Source of the DNA: an uncultured Erysipelotrichaceae bacterium
GTDB taxonomy: Bacteria; Bacillota_I; Bacilli_A; Erysipelotrichales; Erysipelotrichaceae
Assembly: GCA_964401865.1 (NCBI GenBank)
Contig: CAYNZZ010000002.1
Coordinates: 1 to 32,000, forward strand
Reading direction: 5' to 3'
DNA length: 32,000 nt
A program made the translations under genes and the position numbers. Of this stretch, positions 17,511-24,957 are shown one piece after another. The notes below the pieces were generated by a model, which saw only the letters and a program-made list of their open reading frames with translations, searched no databases and was not told the origin of the DNA. The number at the start of each line of letters is the position of its first letter. The stretch's first letter is position 1.

Positions 17511-17960
17511 TTATTTTTGTCTGTTTTCTATATCAGTAATCAAATCGACACGTCTTTGATGTCTTCCACCTTCAAAGCTAGCATTTAACCACTCATCAGT
17601 AATCATTTTTGCCATTTCACTGCCTACAACACGAGCACCAAAAGCTAAGATGTTACTGTCATTGTGCATACGAGAAAGTCTAGCAGAGTATGGTTCTGAA
17701 CATACGCAACATCTGATTCCTTTGACTTTATTACAAGCAAGCGAAATGCCTATACCAGTTCCACATATTGCAATCCCTAAATCTACTTCTTTTTTGCTTA
17801 CAGCATTTGCCAAAGTTTCTCCAGCGATTGGATAATCGTATGATTCAGTGCTGTCAGTACCATAATTAACCATTTCATATCCTTTAGCTTCCAAGTGTTT
17901 AATAATAATGTTCTTTAATTCAACTCCAGTGTGGTCATTAGCGATTCCGATTTTCATCAT
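17511..17960 (-). CDS. rpiB: Ribose-5-phosphate isomerase B (RpiB/LacAB family)
   Basis: MKIGIANDHTG and ICGTGIGISLACNKVKGIRC. The start is set at the ATG that follows GAGGGGGA plus a 6-nt spacer. The 11 upstream codons in the ORF track cover that SD and are rejected. Confidence 0.9.
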   Translation of the reverse strand: MMKIGIANDHTGVELKNIIIKHLEAKGYEMVNYGTDSTESYDYPIAGETLANAVSKKEVDLGIAICGTGIGISLACNKVKGIRCCVCSEPYSARLSRMHNDSNILAFGARVVGSEMAKMITDEWLNASFEGGRHQRRVDLITDIENRQK

Positions 17961-18004
17961 TTTTATCCCCCTCATTTCTAATAATAATATCATGTTTAAA
18001 AGTA

Positions 18005-18013
18005 TGATATAAT
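18005..18013 (+). promoter_or_regulatory. Extended -10 TGaTATAAT upstream of scpA
   Basis: A perfect TGnTATAAT at 18005-18013. The ATG at 18029 is only 15 nt downstream and there is no SD, which implies a leader of only about 8 nt. Confidence 0.55.
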
Positions 18014-18028
18014 ACTTTTTGTAATTAT

Positions 18029-18754
18029 ATGGGATTTAATTTAAACATTGAAAAATTTGAAGGTCCATTGGATTTAATGTTGCATCTAATTCATGAACAG
18101 AAATTAGATATTTTTGATTTGAATATGGAAGTGCTGACTGACCAATATCTAAAATATTTAGATGAGATGGAAGAACTTCATCTGGAAATAGAAAGCGAAT
18201 ATTTAGTTGAATTAGCTACATTAATTGAGTATAAAAGTAAAAAGCTATTACCACAAGATAGGCGTAGTGAAGAACTTGAAGTTGAAGATCCTAAAGAGTT
18301 ATTGGTTCAAAGGTTGTTGGAATATCAAAGATTTAAGGAAATTTCGATGTCATTAAACGATTCCTTTATGCAAAGGCAAGAACTTTTATCTAAATCTTCA
18401 TCTTATGATTTATATGGCTCGGATGATGAAAAAGAAAATAAAATCGAAGGAAATCCAAGCGATCTTTTAAAAGCGATGAATAGAATTCTTAAGAAAATAC
18501 AGTTGTCAAAGCCGATTGATACTCGCTTTACTACTAAAGAAATGTCAATCGATGAGCGTCTATTGGTCATTAAATCTCGATTGTCTGAACTTCCGAAAAT
18601 CTTTACTTTTGAAGATCTTGTTGAAGATGTCAATTCGTTAAATGGCTACATTGTAACTTTTTTGGCACTTTTAGATTTGATTAAAGATCATGTATTATTT
18701 TTTAATGTCGACAGTAATGATAATATTTTATTGAAAAAGGCGGTAATGGAGTAG
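18029..18754 (+). CDS. scpA: Segregation and condensation protein A (kleisin)
   Basis: FEGPLDLMLHLIHEQKLDIFDLNMEVLTDQYLKYL. 241 aa. Followed by scpB. Confidence 0.9.
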   Translation: MGFNLNIEKFEGPLDLMLHLIHEQKLDIFDLNMEVLTDQYLKYLDEMEELHLEIESEYLVELATLIEYKSKKLLPQDRRSEELEVEDPKELLVQRLLEYQRFKEISMSLNDSFMQRQELLSKSSSYDLYGSDDEKENKIEGNPSDLLKAMNRILKKIQLSKPIDTRFTTKEMSIDERLLVIKSRLSELPKIFTFEDLVEDVNSLNGYIVTFLALLDLIKDHVLFFNVDSNDNILLKKAVME

Positions 18755-18755
18755 T

Positions 18756-19343
18756 ATGGAAGGCTTAAATGAAAATATTATTTTAGAAGAAAAAGAAACT
18801 AAAAATGAAGTTGGATTGCAGGCTATTGTAGAAGGTCTTTTATATATCGTAGGTGAAGATGGACTCAAAATCGAACAAATAATGATGACAATTGAAAAAG
18901 ATAAAGATGAAGTATTAAACATTTTAAATGCGATAAAGGAGAAATATCAAGATAGTAGTTTTGGCATTGAACTTGTTAATTTTGCATCGAGTTATAAGTT
19001 TGTTAGCAAGGAAGAGATTTATAAGTATGCGACTAAGCTATTTCAAAATGCAAAACCTCAGTCTCTTTCACAAAGTGCTCTTGAAACATTGGCTATTATT
19101 GCGTATAAACAACCAATTACTAGGGTAGAAATTGAGGAACTTAGAGGTGTAAGTTCTGAAATGATGTTAAGAAAGTTGATGAATAGAGGCTTGATTAAAG
19201 AAAGTGGAAGATCCGATGCACCAGGCAGGCCTATATTGTATGAAGTAACTGATGATTTTATGGATTCGTTTCAACTTCTTAATTTAGAAGATTTGCCTGA
19301 ACTTCCAAAATATAAAAGCGAAGAAGAGGAACTTTTTGACTAG
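18756..19343 (+). CDS. scpB: Segregation and condensation protein B
   Basis: VEGLLYIVGEDGL and ALETLAIIAYKQPITRVEIEELRGV. The gap after scpA is 1 nt. Confidence 0.9.
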   Translation: MEGLNENIILEEKETKNEVGLQAIVEGLLYIVGEDGLKIEQIMMTIEKDKDEVLNILNAIKEKYQDSSFGIELVNFASSYKFVSKEEIYKYATKLFQNAKPQSLSQSALETLAIIAYKQPITRVEIEELRGVSSEMMLRKLMNRGLIKESGRSDAPGRPILYEVTDDFMDSFQLLNLEDLPELPKYKSEEEELFD

Positions 19344-19395
19344 TTTTTAGGATTATTGATTTTTTATTTTAACAATAAGTTGAAAGGGGAAATCA

Positions 19396-19428
19396 ATGAT
19401 TAATACTTTTGAAATTAGAATGAGATGA
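19396..19428 (+). CDS. 10-codon upstream leader ORF (MINTFEIRMR) coupled to vanZ
   Basis: SD AAGGGGA (19384-19390) lies 5 nt upstream of ATG 19396. The stop TGA (19426-19428) overlaps the vanZ ATG (19425-19427). Confidence 0.35.
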   Translation: MINTFEIRMR

Positions 19429-19877
19429 AATGGCGAAAAGATGTAATAATTAGGGTAATTAAGTGGATTTTACTTATATTGTGGATGACAGTAATTTTTT
19501 CTTTTTCTGCTCAAAACGGTGTTAAGTCACAAGAATTATCTGATGGTTTATTGAATAAGGTATTGGTTAATATACCGTTTATTAAATACTTTTATTTTAA
19601 TGGTATAGGAGTTTTAATAAGAAAACTTGCTCATTTTTGCGAATATCTGGTATTGGGTATATTATCTTATTTTTGTTTTAAAGACATCAATAAATCAAGA
19701 TTTTATGTTATTGCAATAATATTTTGTGTTTTATACGCTGTGTCCGATGAATTTCATCAATTATTTATCGACGGTCGCTCATTTGGATATCTAGATATTT
19801 TAATTGATTCATTGGGTTCTGTTTCAGGCGTTTTAATATCTCGATTCGTTGAAAAAAGATGCGGAAAATTAGTTTAA
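19425..19877 (+). CDS. VanZ-family membrane protein
   Basis: Multi-pass membrane protein with RKLAHFCEYLVLG and SDEFHQLFIDGRS, which are typical of VanZ-like proteins. Confidence 0.8.
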   Translation: MKWRKDVIIRVIKWILLILWMTVIFSFSAQNGVKSQELSDGLLNKVLVNIPFIKYFYFNGIGVLIRKLAHFCEYLVLGILSYFCFKDINKSRFYVIAIIFCVLYAVSDEFHQLFIDGRSFGYLDILIDSLGSVSGVLISRFVEKRCGKLV

Positions 19878-20209
19878 TATTTCTTTTTATTTTGATGTCA
19901 GCGTGTAAGGAAAATGTTTATTTTTGTGAAAAAAGAGAAGATAATGCGTATTATTTATATACATTGAGGGGTAACAATGATAAATTATATGAATTATCTT
20001 TTAATTATGTCTATGATTTAGATATAGATATTAAAGAAGAATACATATCTAAGTTCATTTCTTTTTATGAAAAAAAGGATAAAGGTTTTGAATTCAGCGA
20101 TAATTCTTTAAAAATTAAAAAAGATTATTTAATTGATAAAGAGTATTCCATTATAAAAACAGTTGAGCAATTTCAAAAAGATTATTATTTTTGCCATAAG
20201 GGTAAATAA
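19859..20209 (+). CDS. Small putative lipoprotein
   Basis: Signal peptide with lipobox LMSAC. Overlaps the vanZ 3' end by 19 nt. No family recognised with confidence. Confidence 0.55.
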   Translation: MRKISLIFLFILMSACKENVYFCEKREDNAYYLYTLRGNNDKLYELSFNYVYDLDIDIKEEYISKFISFYEKKDKGFEFSDNSLKIKKDYLIDKEYSIIKTVEQFQKDYYFCHKGK

Positions 20210-20299
20210 TTAAATATACAATGTTTAAGTAAAAACAATTATCTGTTTTTGTAAAAAAGAAAAGCAAAGTTACGATATAAACAAGATAATCAGAAGTTG

Positions 20300-20329
20300 T
20301 TGAACCACAAAATAAAGCGACCCTATAAT
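20300..20329 (+). promoter_or_regulatory. Candidate promoter: TTGAAC, 18-nt spacer, TATAAT
   Basis: TTGAAC at 20300-20305 and TATAAT at 20324-20329. Confidence 0.4.
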
Positions 20330-20355
20330 TTAAATTACTTTATTAACTTTACTTA

Positions 20356-20364
20356 TGTTAAAAT
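20356..20364 (+). promoter_or_regulatory. Extended -10 TGtTAAAAT located 6 nt upstream of the GTG start at 20371
   Basis: TG at 20356-20357 and TAAAAT at 20359-20364, then TATCGT and the GTG. No SD. The frame is closed by TAA at 20359-20361. Confidence 0.4.
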
Positions 20365-20370
20365 TATCGT

Positions 20371-21027
20371 GTGAAGAAGTACTTATTATTTTTATTAGTT
20401 TTAATTTTATTGACCTCGTGTAGTTATAGTGAGAAAGATATCAAAAAAGTTCTAGATGATGTCATTTCAAATGAGATTAATAGTTCTGTTATATATCGTC
20501 AAGATCAAAATAGTATATTTTATAATTATTATCTCCCTAGTGATGTCTATAAAATATATTCTTCTCGTGACGGAGCTATTATGTCTTTTAATGGAGAAAC
20601 GATATTGATGAATTTAAATGTTTCCTCAATTATTTCTTCGCAGAAACCAGACAGTCAAGTTAAATTGGAAAAGGATAGTTTTTATTCTGATGATAATTTA
20701 CTTTATGATAGTGAAGGCGAATATCAAGAAAGAGACGAAACGATTTGCGCTTATCGGTTTGAAGTATATAACTTGGATGGTAAATGTCTAGTATCGTTCA
20801 AAACTGATGTAATGATTTACTATGCCTATGTTTCTGAGGACAATCTTCCACTTTTAACTAAACGTTTATTTATGATAGCTAAAAGTATGACCGTATCAAT
20901 AGAAGATGCTATATTATATTATGCAAATGTCGATATGATAGATTATACTCGTAAACAGGTTAATTTATTTGAAACGGTTATCCCTAAAGAAGGGCAACTA
21001 ATTGATATTATTGTTGATAAAGAGTAA
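20371..21027 (+). CDS. Putative lipoprotein of unknown function (GTG start)
   Basis: Signal peptide KKYLLFLLVLILLTSC with lipobox LLTSC. GTG is the only possible start in this frame. Confidence 0.65.
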   Translation: MKKYLLFLLVLILLTSCSYSEKDIKKVLDDVISNEINSSVIYRQDQNSIFYNYYLPSDVYKIYSSRDGAIMSFNGETILMNLNVSSIISSQKPDSQVKLEKDSFYSDDNLLYDSEGEYQERDETICAYRFEVYNLDGKCLVSFKTDVMIYYAYVSEDNLPLLTKRLFMIAKSMTVSIEDAILYYANVDMIDYTRKQVNLFETVIPKEGQLIDIIVDKE

Positions 21028-21062
21028 TTTTATATTTATAGATAGCGAGAAGGAGATAGTTT

Positions 21063-21683
21063 ATGAAAAAGTTAATGGATATATTTTTTGAAGATGAAGA
21101 AGAGGAAGTAGTTGTTGAAGCTCCGATGAGTAGCGTTAGCAAAAAAACAGTGGCAGAAGAAAAAAAAGCTCCTGTTCAAAAAAAAGAAAATATCCAAGAT
21201 AAAGATTTATTAGCTAAAAGACCACATTCAAAATCTTTTGGTATTATTGATGTCGAGGAATTACAAGTCAAAAAAACTAGCAATAATCCGGTCAGAACTC
21301 GTCTAGTCGAAGATAAACCTTATGAGTCGATGCCGCCTATTTCTCCTATTTTTGGTGTATTGAAAGATAGTGAGGAGAATGTTTTGAAGACTCCTCAAAT
21401 GACTCCTGGTCCAACAACTTGTTTGGGAACTATTTTATCTCCAATTTATGGTCAAAATATAAAAGATAATAAAGAAGAGATAATCGAAGAGGAAGAGGAA
21501 CCGTTTGATTATGTTGCTCCAGTGAGAGATTTAGAAATAAATCGTATCATTCCAGTCGAAGATAAAGATGAAGAAGTTGATTTTAAAAATGCTAGTTTAG
21601 AAGAAATATTGAAACACGATGATGAAACTTATGTGGCTGAACAGGAGTTTTCTCTATTTGACGACATCGAGGAAGAACGATGA
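21063..21683 (+). CDS. Acidic, probably disordered protein of unknown function
   Basis: SD GAAGGAGA upstream. N-terminal MKKLMDIFF followed by an E-rich run, low-complexity P/E/K-rich sequence, and the C-terminal EQEFSLFDDIEEER. The stop overlaps the murC ATG (ATGA). Confidence 0.6.
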   Translation: MKKLMDIFFEDEEEEVVVEAPMSSVSKKTVAEEKKAPVQKKENIQDKDLLAKRPHSKSFGIIDVEELQVKKTSNNPVRTRLVEDKPYESMPPISPIFGVLKDSEENVLKTPQMTPGPTTCLGTILSPIYGQNIKDNKEEIIEEEEEPFDYVAPVRDLEINRIIPVEDKDEEVDFKNASLEEILKHDDETYVAEQEFSLFDDIEEER

Positions 21684-22990
21684 TTTATTTTATTGGTATA
21701 AAAGGCACAGGAATGGCCGCACTAGCAACAATGCTTTATGATATGGGCTATGAAGTAATGGGAAGTGATATTGAAAAGCATTTTTTTACTCAGGATGAGT
21801 TAGAAAAGAGAAAGATCAAGATTTTACCATTTGATAAAAATAATATTCAAGATGGTTATACTGTGATAATCGGCAATGCTTTTTTGGAAGATTTTGAAGA
21901 GGTGGTAGCTGCTAGAAATAATAAGACATGTATTTGCTACAAATATCATGAATACTTGGGCAAATTAATTGATGATTATCAAAGTATTTGCGTGTGTGGT
22001 TCTCATGGCAAGACAACAACTACTACGATGCTTGCTCATATGATGTCTGGTTTTAAGGATACTGCTTATCTAATTGGAGATGGAGAAGGCCATCTAGGAA
22101 AAGATAGCGAATATTTGTGTGTTGAAGCATGCGAATATCGAAGACATTTTTTGGCTTATCATCCTGACTATGCCATTATCACCAATATCGAGATAGATCA
22201 TGTTGACTATTTCAAAGATGATGAAGATTATTTTAGTGCTTATCAAGAGTTTGTAAAGAATGTAAACAAGGGTGTTTTCTATTGTGGCGATGATAAGGAA
22301 TGCTTAAAACTAGATTTTGGCGATATTCCTAACTTTAGTTATGGTTTTAATGAAAACAATGATTTTAGAATCGTAAATCTTGAACATGACGAAAGTAATA
22401 GTTCTTTTGATTTGTATTTTCATGATAGTTTTATTTTTCATTACAATCTTCCTGTTGTTGGTGAACATTTGTTATTAGACGCTTTAGGTGTTATTGCTTT
22501 AGGTACAATGTTCTGTTTTGACCATCGTATGATTGAAAATCGCTTCTTAACTTACGAGAGCCCGAAACGAAGATTCAAAGTCGAAGAATATGACGGCACT
22601 ATTTTTATCGATGATTATGCCCATCATCCAACCGAAGTGAAAGTTACGTTGCAAAATGCGATAACTCGTTTTCCTAATAGGAAGATTATTGCAGTGTTTA
22701 AACCTCATCGGGCATCTCGTGTTTATCATTTCGTCGACGAATTCAAGGAAGCTTTGAGTTTGGCTGATGAGGTTTATTTAGTTGATTTTACATCAATTGA
22801 TGATAAGCAGGATGGCATTGATATTGATATTTCATATTTAGCCAATAGAATTGAAGGTTCACATATTTTAAGTGAGAACGCCAAGGGTGCTGAAGAATTA
22901 GCCAGACATAAAGGCGAATGTTTGGTGTTTATGTCATCGAAAGATATTTACAATATTGCAACGATGACCAAGAACTTTTTAACGAAATAA
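21680..22990 (+). CDS. murC: UDP-N-acetylmuramate--L-alanine ligase
   Basis: FIGIKGTGMAALA, P-loop GSHGKTTTTTM and DDYAHHPTE. 436 aa. Confidence 0.9.
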   Translation: MIYFIGIKGTGMAALATMLYDMGYEVMGSDIEKHFFTQDELEKRKIKILPFDKNNIQDGYTVIIGNAFLEDFEEVVAARNNKTCICYKYHEYLGKLIDDYQSICVCGSHGKTTTTTMLAHMMSGFKDTAYLIGDGEGHLGKDSEYLCVEACEYRRHFLAYHPDYAIITNIEIDHVDYFKDDEDYFSAYQEFVKNVNKGVFYCGDDKECLKLDFGDIPNFSYGFNENNDFRIVNLEHDESNSSFDLYFHDSFIFHYNLPVVGEHLLLDALGVIALGTMFCFDHRMIENRFLTYESPKRRFKVEEYDGTIFIDDYAHHPTEVKVTLQNAITRFPNRKIIAVFKPHRASRVYHFVDEFKEALSLADEVYLVDFTSIDDKQDGIDIDISYLANRIEGSHILSENAKGAEELARHKGECLVFMSSKDIYNIATMTKNFLTK

Positions 22991-22994
22991 TATT

Positions 22995-24755
22995 ATGAAT
23001 TATTTAGCTCAAAAATTATTGACACTTAGAAAACATTATCATTATTCGCAGCGTTTTGTTGCGGATTTTTTGGATATAGATGTTTTAGAATATATGGGCT
23101 TTGAAAATGGTAGAAATATGATGACTTTTGAACAAATAAAAACGATTGCTAAGTTTTATCATATTTCGGTAATGGAATTGTTTAATAATAATTGTGATGT
23201 TACATTGCATGACATTTCTAGTACGAAAACCGATGAATTAAATATTGAGTATTTTCTTCCAAAAGAGAAATTTAAAGATAGATTTCTTTTGTGGGTCAAG
23301 AAAAATCCCTTGATTTGCATTTCTTCTTTTTTATTTGTTTTGGTATTGGTTGTGTTTATTTTCTTTGTGCCAAAGACGCAATTTGAAAATGTCAGTTTGA
23401 AATTAGAAAATAAAAATCGTTTAGATGCTTCGGAGACTAGTGTTGTATATATCAACGATATTGGCGTTGTACATGGAAGTGGCGATAACAGTAATGGTCA
23501 GCTTAATCTTAATTTTGACAATATTGTAAAAGTTGAAGAAGGTTCGACATTTACGATTGTTTTGGATGATAAAGGGAATCTGGATTCGGTAGGTCTGATG
23601 ACAAGATATGCAGATGAGATAAAAAGATGGAAGAATATCGTTGATGTTTCGTGCGGATATGGACATGTAATAGCTCTTGATGATACAGGCAAGGTGTTAT
23701 GCACTGGTGATAATACTTTTGGACAATGCACATTAGATGGAACTAGTGATGTAAAAAGAGTATTTGCTACTGATAGAGGAAGTATTGTTGTTCTGAATGA
23801 TGGCAGTTTGAAATATTGTGGAGAATTTTTTGGTCGCTCATTTTTAAATAACCATAGTGATATTATTGATATAGCTTCAAGTGACAATATTTTAGTTTTG
23901 CTGAAAGCCAATGGTAAAGTTGAGTATTACAGTAATGGTAAGAGTTATAATCAAGTATCTTTCTTTACTGATATTATTGATATAGCTTGTGGAAATGATT
24001 TTATTGCTGCCCTTAGCAGTGATGGCAAAGTGTATATAGATATTGATAATTATTTGATCGAGGAAGAAGTTAATAATTGGTCTGATATTATCGCTATTGC
24101 TTCAGGCAAAGATTATTTAGTTGCTTATGATGGGCGTTCTATTGTAGGGGTTGGCAAAAATTCTTATAAGCAATTTTCTTCTTCTTCGACCACAACTCAA
24201 TATCGTTTATCACAAGTTAAAAATATTAAAGCATTTGTTGATGAAAATTATGTCAACATACAGTTTGATGAAGTGTTAAATGCAGATTCGTATTTGATTG
24301 AAGTAGATATTGGCACAGGTTTCAGTACAATCATAGATGACTTAGTATGTGTGATTGATGTTTCACGCTTCGAGGACGGAAAAACTTATACTATTTCAGT
24401 AACGGCGCTTGGAAATGGCGAATATGAAAACTCACTTGTTGCTCAAATAGAATTTACTTATCATTCGGTTATTAAAAATGAAAGTCCATCTGAAGATGAC
24501 AATTCTGTAGATATAGTTGAAATACCTTTTTCATTAGATCAACTAGTAGGTAAGACAAAGACTAATTTTGAAATTTATTTAAGTGGTTTAGGAATTAGTA
24601 GTGAGCAACTAAACGGGCAAGAAAGTAATAATATCTGTAGTGGCAATGAAGCTACTATAGAATCTGTTAGTGGCATTTCTGATTATGAGCTTGTTACAAA
24701 AGAGGAATTGAAAGATCGTTATATCACTTATACATATTGTAAGGTAGGCGAATAA
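22995..24755 (+). CDS. Membrane-tethered XRE-family HTH protein with an extracellular 7-blade RCC1-like propeller, an FN3-like domain and a PASTA-like C-terminal module
   Basis: Residues 5-63 are HTH_3-like (..FENGRNMMTFEQIKTIAKFYHISVMELF). TM helix at residues 105-125. Seven repeats of about 37 aa carry GSGDNSNGQLN, CTGDNTFGQCTL and GVGKNSYKQFS. FN3-like segment at residues 404-489. C-terminal pattern P-x4-VGKT..L..G. Confidence 0.8.
   Translation: MNYLAQKLLTLRKHYHYSQRFVADFLDIDVLEYMGFENGRNMMTFEQIKTIAKFYHISVMELFNNNCDVTLHDISSTKTDELNIEYFLPKEKFKDRFLLWVKKNPLICISSFLFVLVLVVFIFFVPKTQFENVSLKLENKNRLDASETSVVYINDIGVVHGSGDNSNGQLNLNFDNIVKVEEGSTFTIVLDDKGNLDSVGLMTRYADEIKRWKNIVDVSCGYGHVIALDDTGKVLCTGDNTFGQCTLDGTSDVKRVFATDRGSIVVLNDGSLKYCGEFFGRSFLNNHSDIIDIASSDNILVLLKANGKVEYYSNGKSYNQVSFFTDIIDIACGNDFIAALSSDGKVYIDIDNYLIEEEVNNWSDIIAIASGKDYLVAYDGRSIVGVGKNSYKQFSSSSTTTQYRLSQVKNIKAFVDENYVNIQFDEVLNADSYLIEVDIGTGFSTIIDDLVCVIDVSRFEDGKTYTISVTALGNGEYENSLVAQIEFTYHSVIKNESPSEDDNSVDIVEIPFSLDQLVGKTKTNFEIYLSGLGISSEQLNGQESNNICSGNEATIESVSGISDYELVTKEELKDRYITYTYCKVGE
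23858..23988 (+). repeat. Intragenic blade repeat: 20-nt perfect direct repeat with a 111-nt period
   Basis: TGATATTATTGATATAGCTT occurs at 23858-23877 and 23969-23988, encoding SDIIDIAS and TDIIDIAC. A third, degenerate copy lies near 24082 (SDIIAIAS). Confidence 0.7.
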
Positions 24756-24756
24756 T

Positions 24757-24957
24757 ATGTTTACAAATAATAAGATATGGAAAGTTCAAAATGACAATAA
24801 TACATATAGTGACGAAGAACTTGTTGAATTAATTAAAAATGGCAAAATTAATTCTGATACCAGAATTACAAATAAAGATTTAAAAAAATGGTTAAAAGTT
24901 GAAGAAACACTGTACAATTATTATCTAAGAGAAGAAGAGAATGAAGAAAAAGCATAA
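24757..24957 (+). CDS. Stand-alone GYF_2 (DUF4339)-like mini-protein
   Basis: WKVQNDNNTYSDEELVELIKNGKINSDTRITNKDLKKWLKVEE fits the GYF_2 pattern. The gap after the upstream gene is 1 nt. Confidence 0.6.
   Translation: MFTNNKIWKVQNDNNTYSDEELVELIKNGKINSDTRITNKDLKKWLKVEETLYNYYLREEENEEKA

Noticed and set aside
21063-21683. Calling the acidic protein SepF because of its MKKLMDIFF + acidic N-terminus.
   Set aside because: The C-terminal two thirds show none of the SepF/DUF552 core pattern. They are low complexity and probably disordered.
23159-23911. Four overlapping minus-strand ORFs (60-137 aa) inside the HTH-RCC1 gene.
   Set aside because: These are shadow ORFs antisense to a gene with clear domain and repeat structure. 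No start signals or motifs were seen, and they overlap one another in different frames.
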